Shown here one piece after another: positions 61,281-64,000 of a stretch of DNA of 64,000 nt; positions within the stretch are counted from its first letter, which is position 1, and each line of letters starts with the position of its first letter. The stretch is taken from NCBI GenBank assembly GCA_002168225.1, contig NHBH01000001.1:288188-352187 (forward strand), in the 5' to 3' direction. The notes beneath the pieces were generated by a model that worked only from the letters and a program-made list of their open reading frames with translations, ran no database searches and had not been told where the DNA came from. The stretch comes from Micavibrio sp. TMED2. Its GTDB lineage: Bacteria > Pseudomonadota > Alphaproteobacteria > TMED2. A program made the translations under genes and the position numbers.

Positions 61281-61658
61281 TCAGGCCGTCTGGTGTTCGG
61301 CCAGCTCGGTCTGTTCCGGGCTGAGGCGCAGATCCTCGACGATCTCGCCACCGATTACGTGCTTTTCGAGGATGCGGTCAATATCCGCCTCGTTTTTGTA
61401 ATGATACCAGACGCCATCCGGATAGATCACCAGCACCGGGCCAAGCTCGCAGCGGTCGAGGCAACCGGCGATATTGACCCGCACTTTGCTGATGCCCAGC
61501 GCCTTGGCCTTGGCCTTCATGTAATTCCGCAGCGGGGTCGCACCGCGTTCGTGGCAGGAGCCGCGCTTATGCCCGGCAGGTCGTTCATTGGTGCAGGCGA
61601 AAATATGCAGACGGTAATATTGGTCATCGTCTGAAACCTTTGAATTCTCAGTGTTCAT
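61281..61658 (-). CDS. Thioredoxin-like [2Fe-2S] ferredoxin
   Basis: Cys ligands in HIFACTNERPAGHKRGSC…GCLDRCELGP. Start at MNTENS instead of ORF-track 61706. Confidence 0.65.
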   Translation of the reverse strand: MNTENSKVSDDDQYYRLHIFACTNERPAGHKRGSCHERGATPLRNYMKAKAKALGISKVRVNIAGCLDRCELGPVLVIYPDGVWYHYKNEADIDRILEKHVIGGEIVEDLRLSPEQTELAEHQTA

Positions 61659-61778
61659 AAGAGTTTTCTGTCTGTGTGAATATGTTGTTGATGAGTGAAC
61701 TAGCATCTTGGGCCGAACGTCGCTAGGGTCGCATATGTTGCTCCTTACCCGCCCTACGCTTCCGGATCACCGCCAGAC

Positions 61779-63875
<2,097 letters not shown>

Positions 63876-63891
63876 AAACAGCAGGTGCCAG

Positions 63892-64000
63892 ATGCCGATG
63901 TTTGCTGCCGTGACAGACAGTCCGCTTGGTCCGCTCACCGTTGTGGCGACGGAGACGGCAATTACGGCGCTGGACTGGGGTGATCTGCGCGGCGACAGAA
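63892..64000 (+). CDS. Probable methylated-DNA–protein-cysteine methyltransferase (Ogt-like) N-terminus, truncated by window end. Alternative in-frame start at 63868 overlaps the upstream stop.
   Basis: MPMFAAVTDSPLGPLTVVATETAITALDWGDLRGD resembles the Ogt N-terminal domain (…TPLGPL…). Confidence 0.35.
   Translation, partial: MPMFAAVTDSPLGPLTVVATETAITALDWGDLRGDR

Overview
High-GC (~60%) alphaproteobacterial chromosome segment that, by gene content and order, spans the replication-origin-proximal region. It carries the conserved hemE–hemJ–rho cluster (minus strand) diverging from the DUF299/PSRP–maf cluster (plus strand) across a ~500-bp AT-rich intergenic region with DnaA-box-like 9-mers (putative oriC). 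It also carries the mnmE–mnmG–rsmG–parA–parB cluster with three perfect copies of the 16-bp parS centromere palindrome TGTTTCACGTGAAACA, one of them inside a CDS. Housekeeping genes include secB, fxsA, a Tim44-like gene, mltA, dnaQ, coaE, aroE, gmd/fcl, galE, one tRNA-Gly(GCC), a LolDE-like ABC transporter divergent from a GDSL arylesterase, and a large hybrid PAS/HK/REC/Hpt sensor kinase. Accessory-looking content of unknown function: (1) a divergent pair around an AT-rich promoter island, a pseudo-receiver protein and a membrane-anchored protein with tandem DnaJ-type CxxCxGxG zinc-finger repeats; (2) a mirror-ordered paralogous hydrolase block HAD–α/β-hydrolase–[HExxH protein]–α/β-hydrolase–HAD; (3) uncharacterised genes inserted into the otherwise conserved mnmE–mnmG–rsmG junctions and between gmd and fcl; (4) a cluster of small secreted EF-hand/Q-rich proteins. 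No CRISPR arrays, transposases, integrases or rRNA genes were recognised. Many long antisense ORFs in the six-frame track are GC-driven artefacts.
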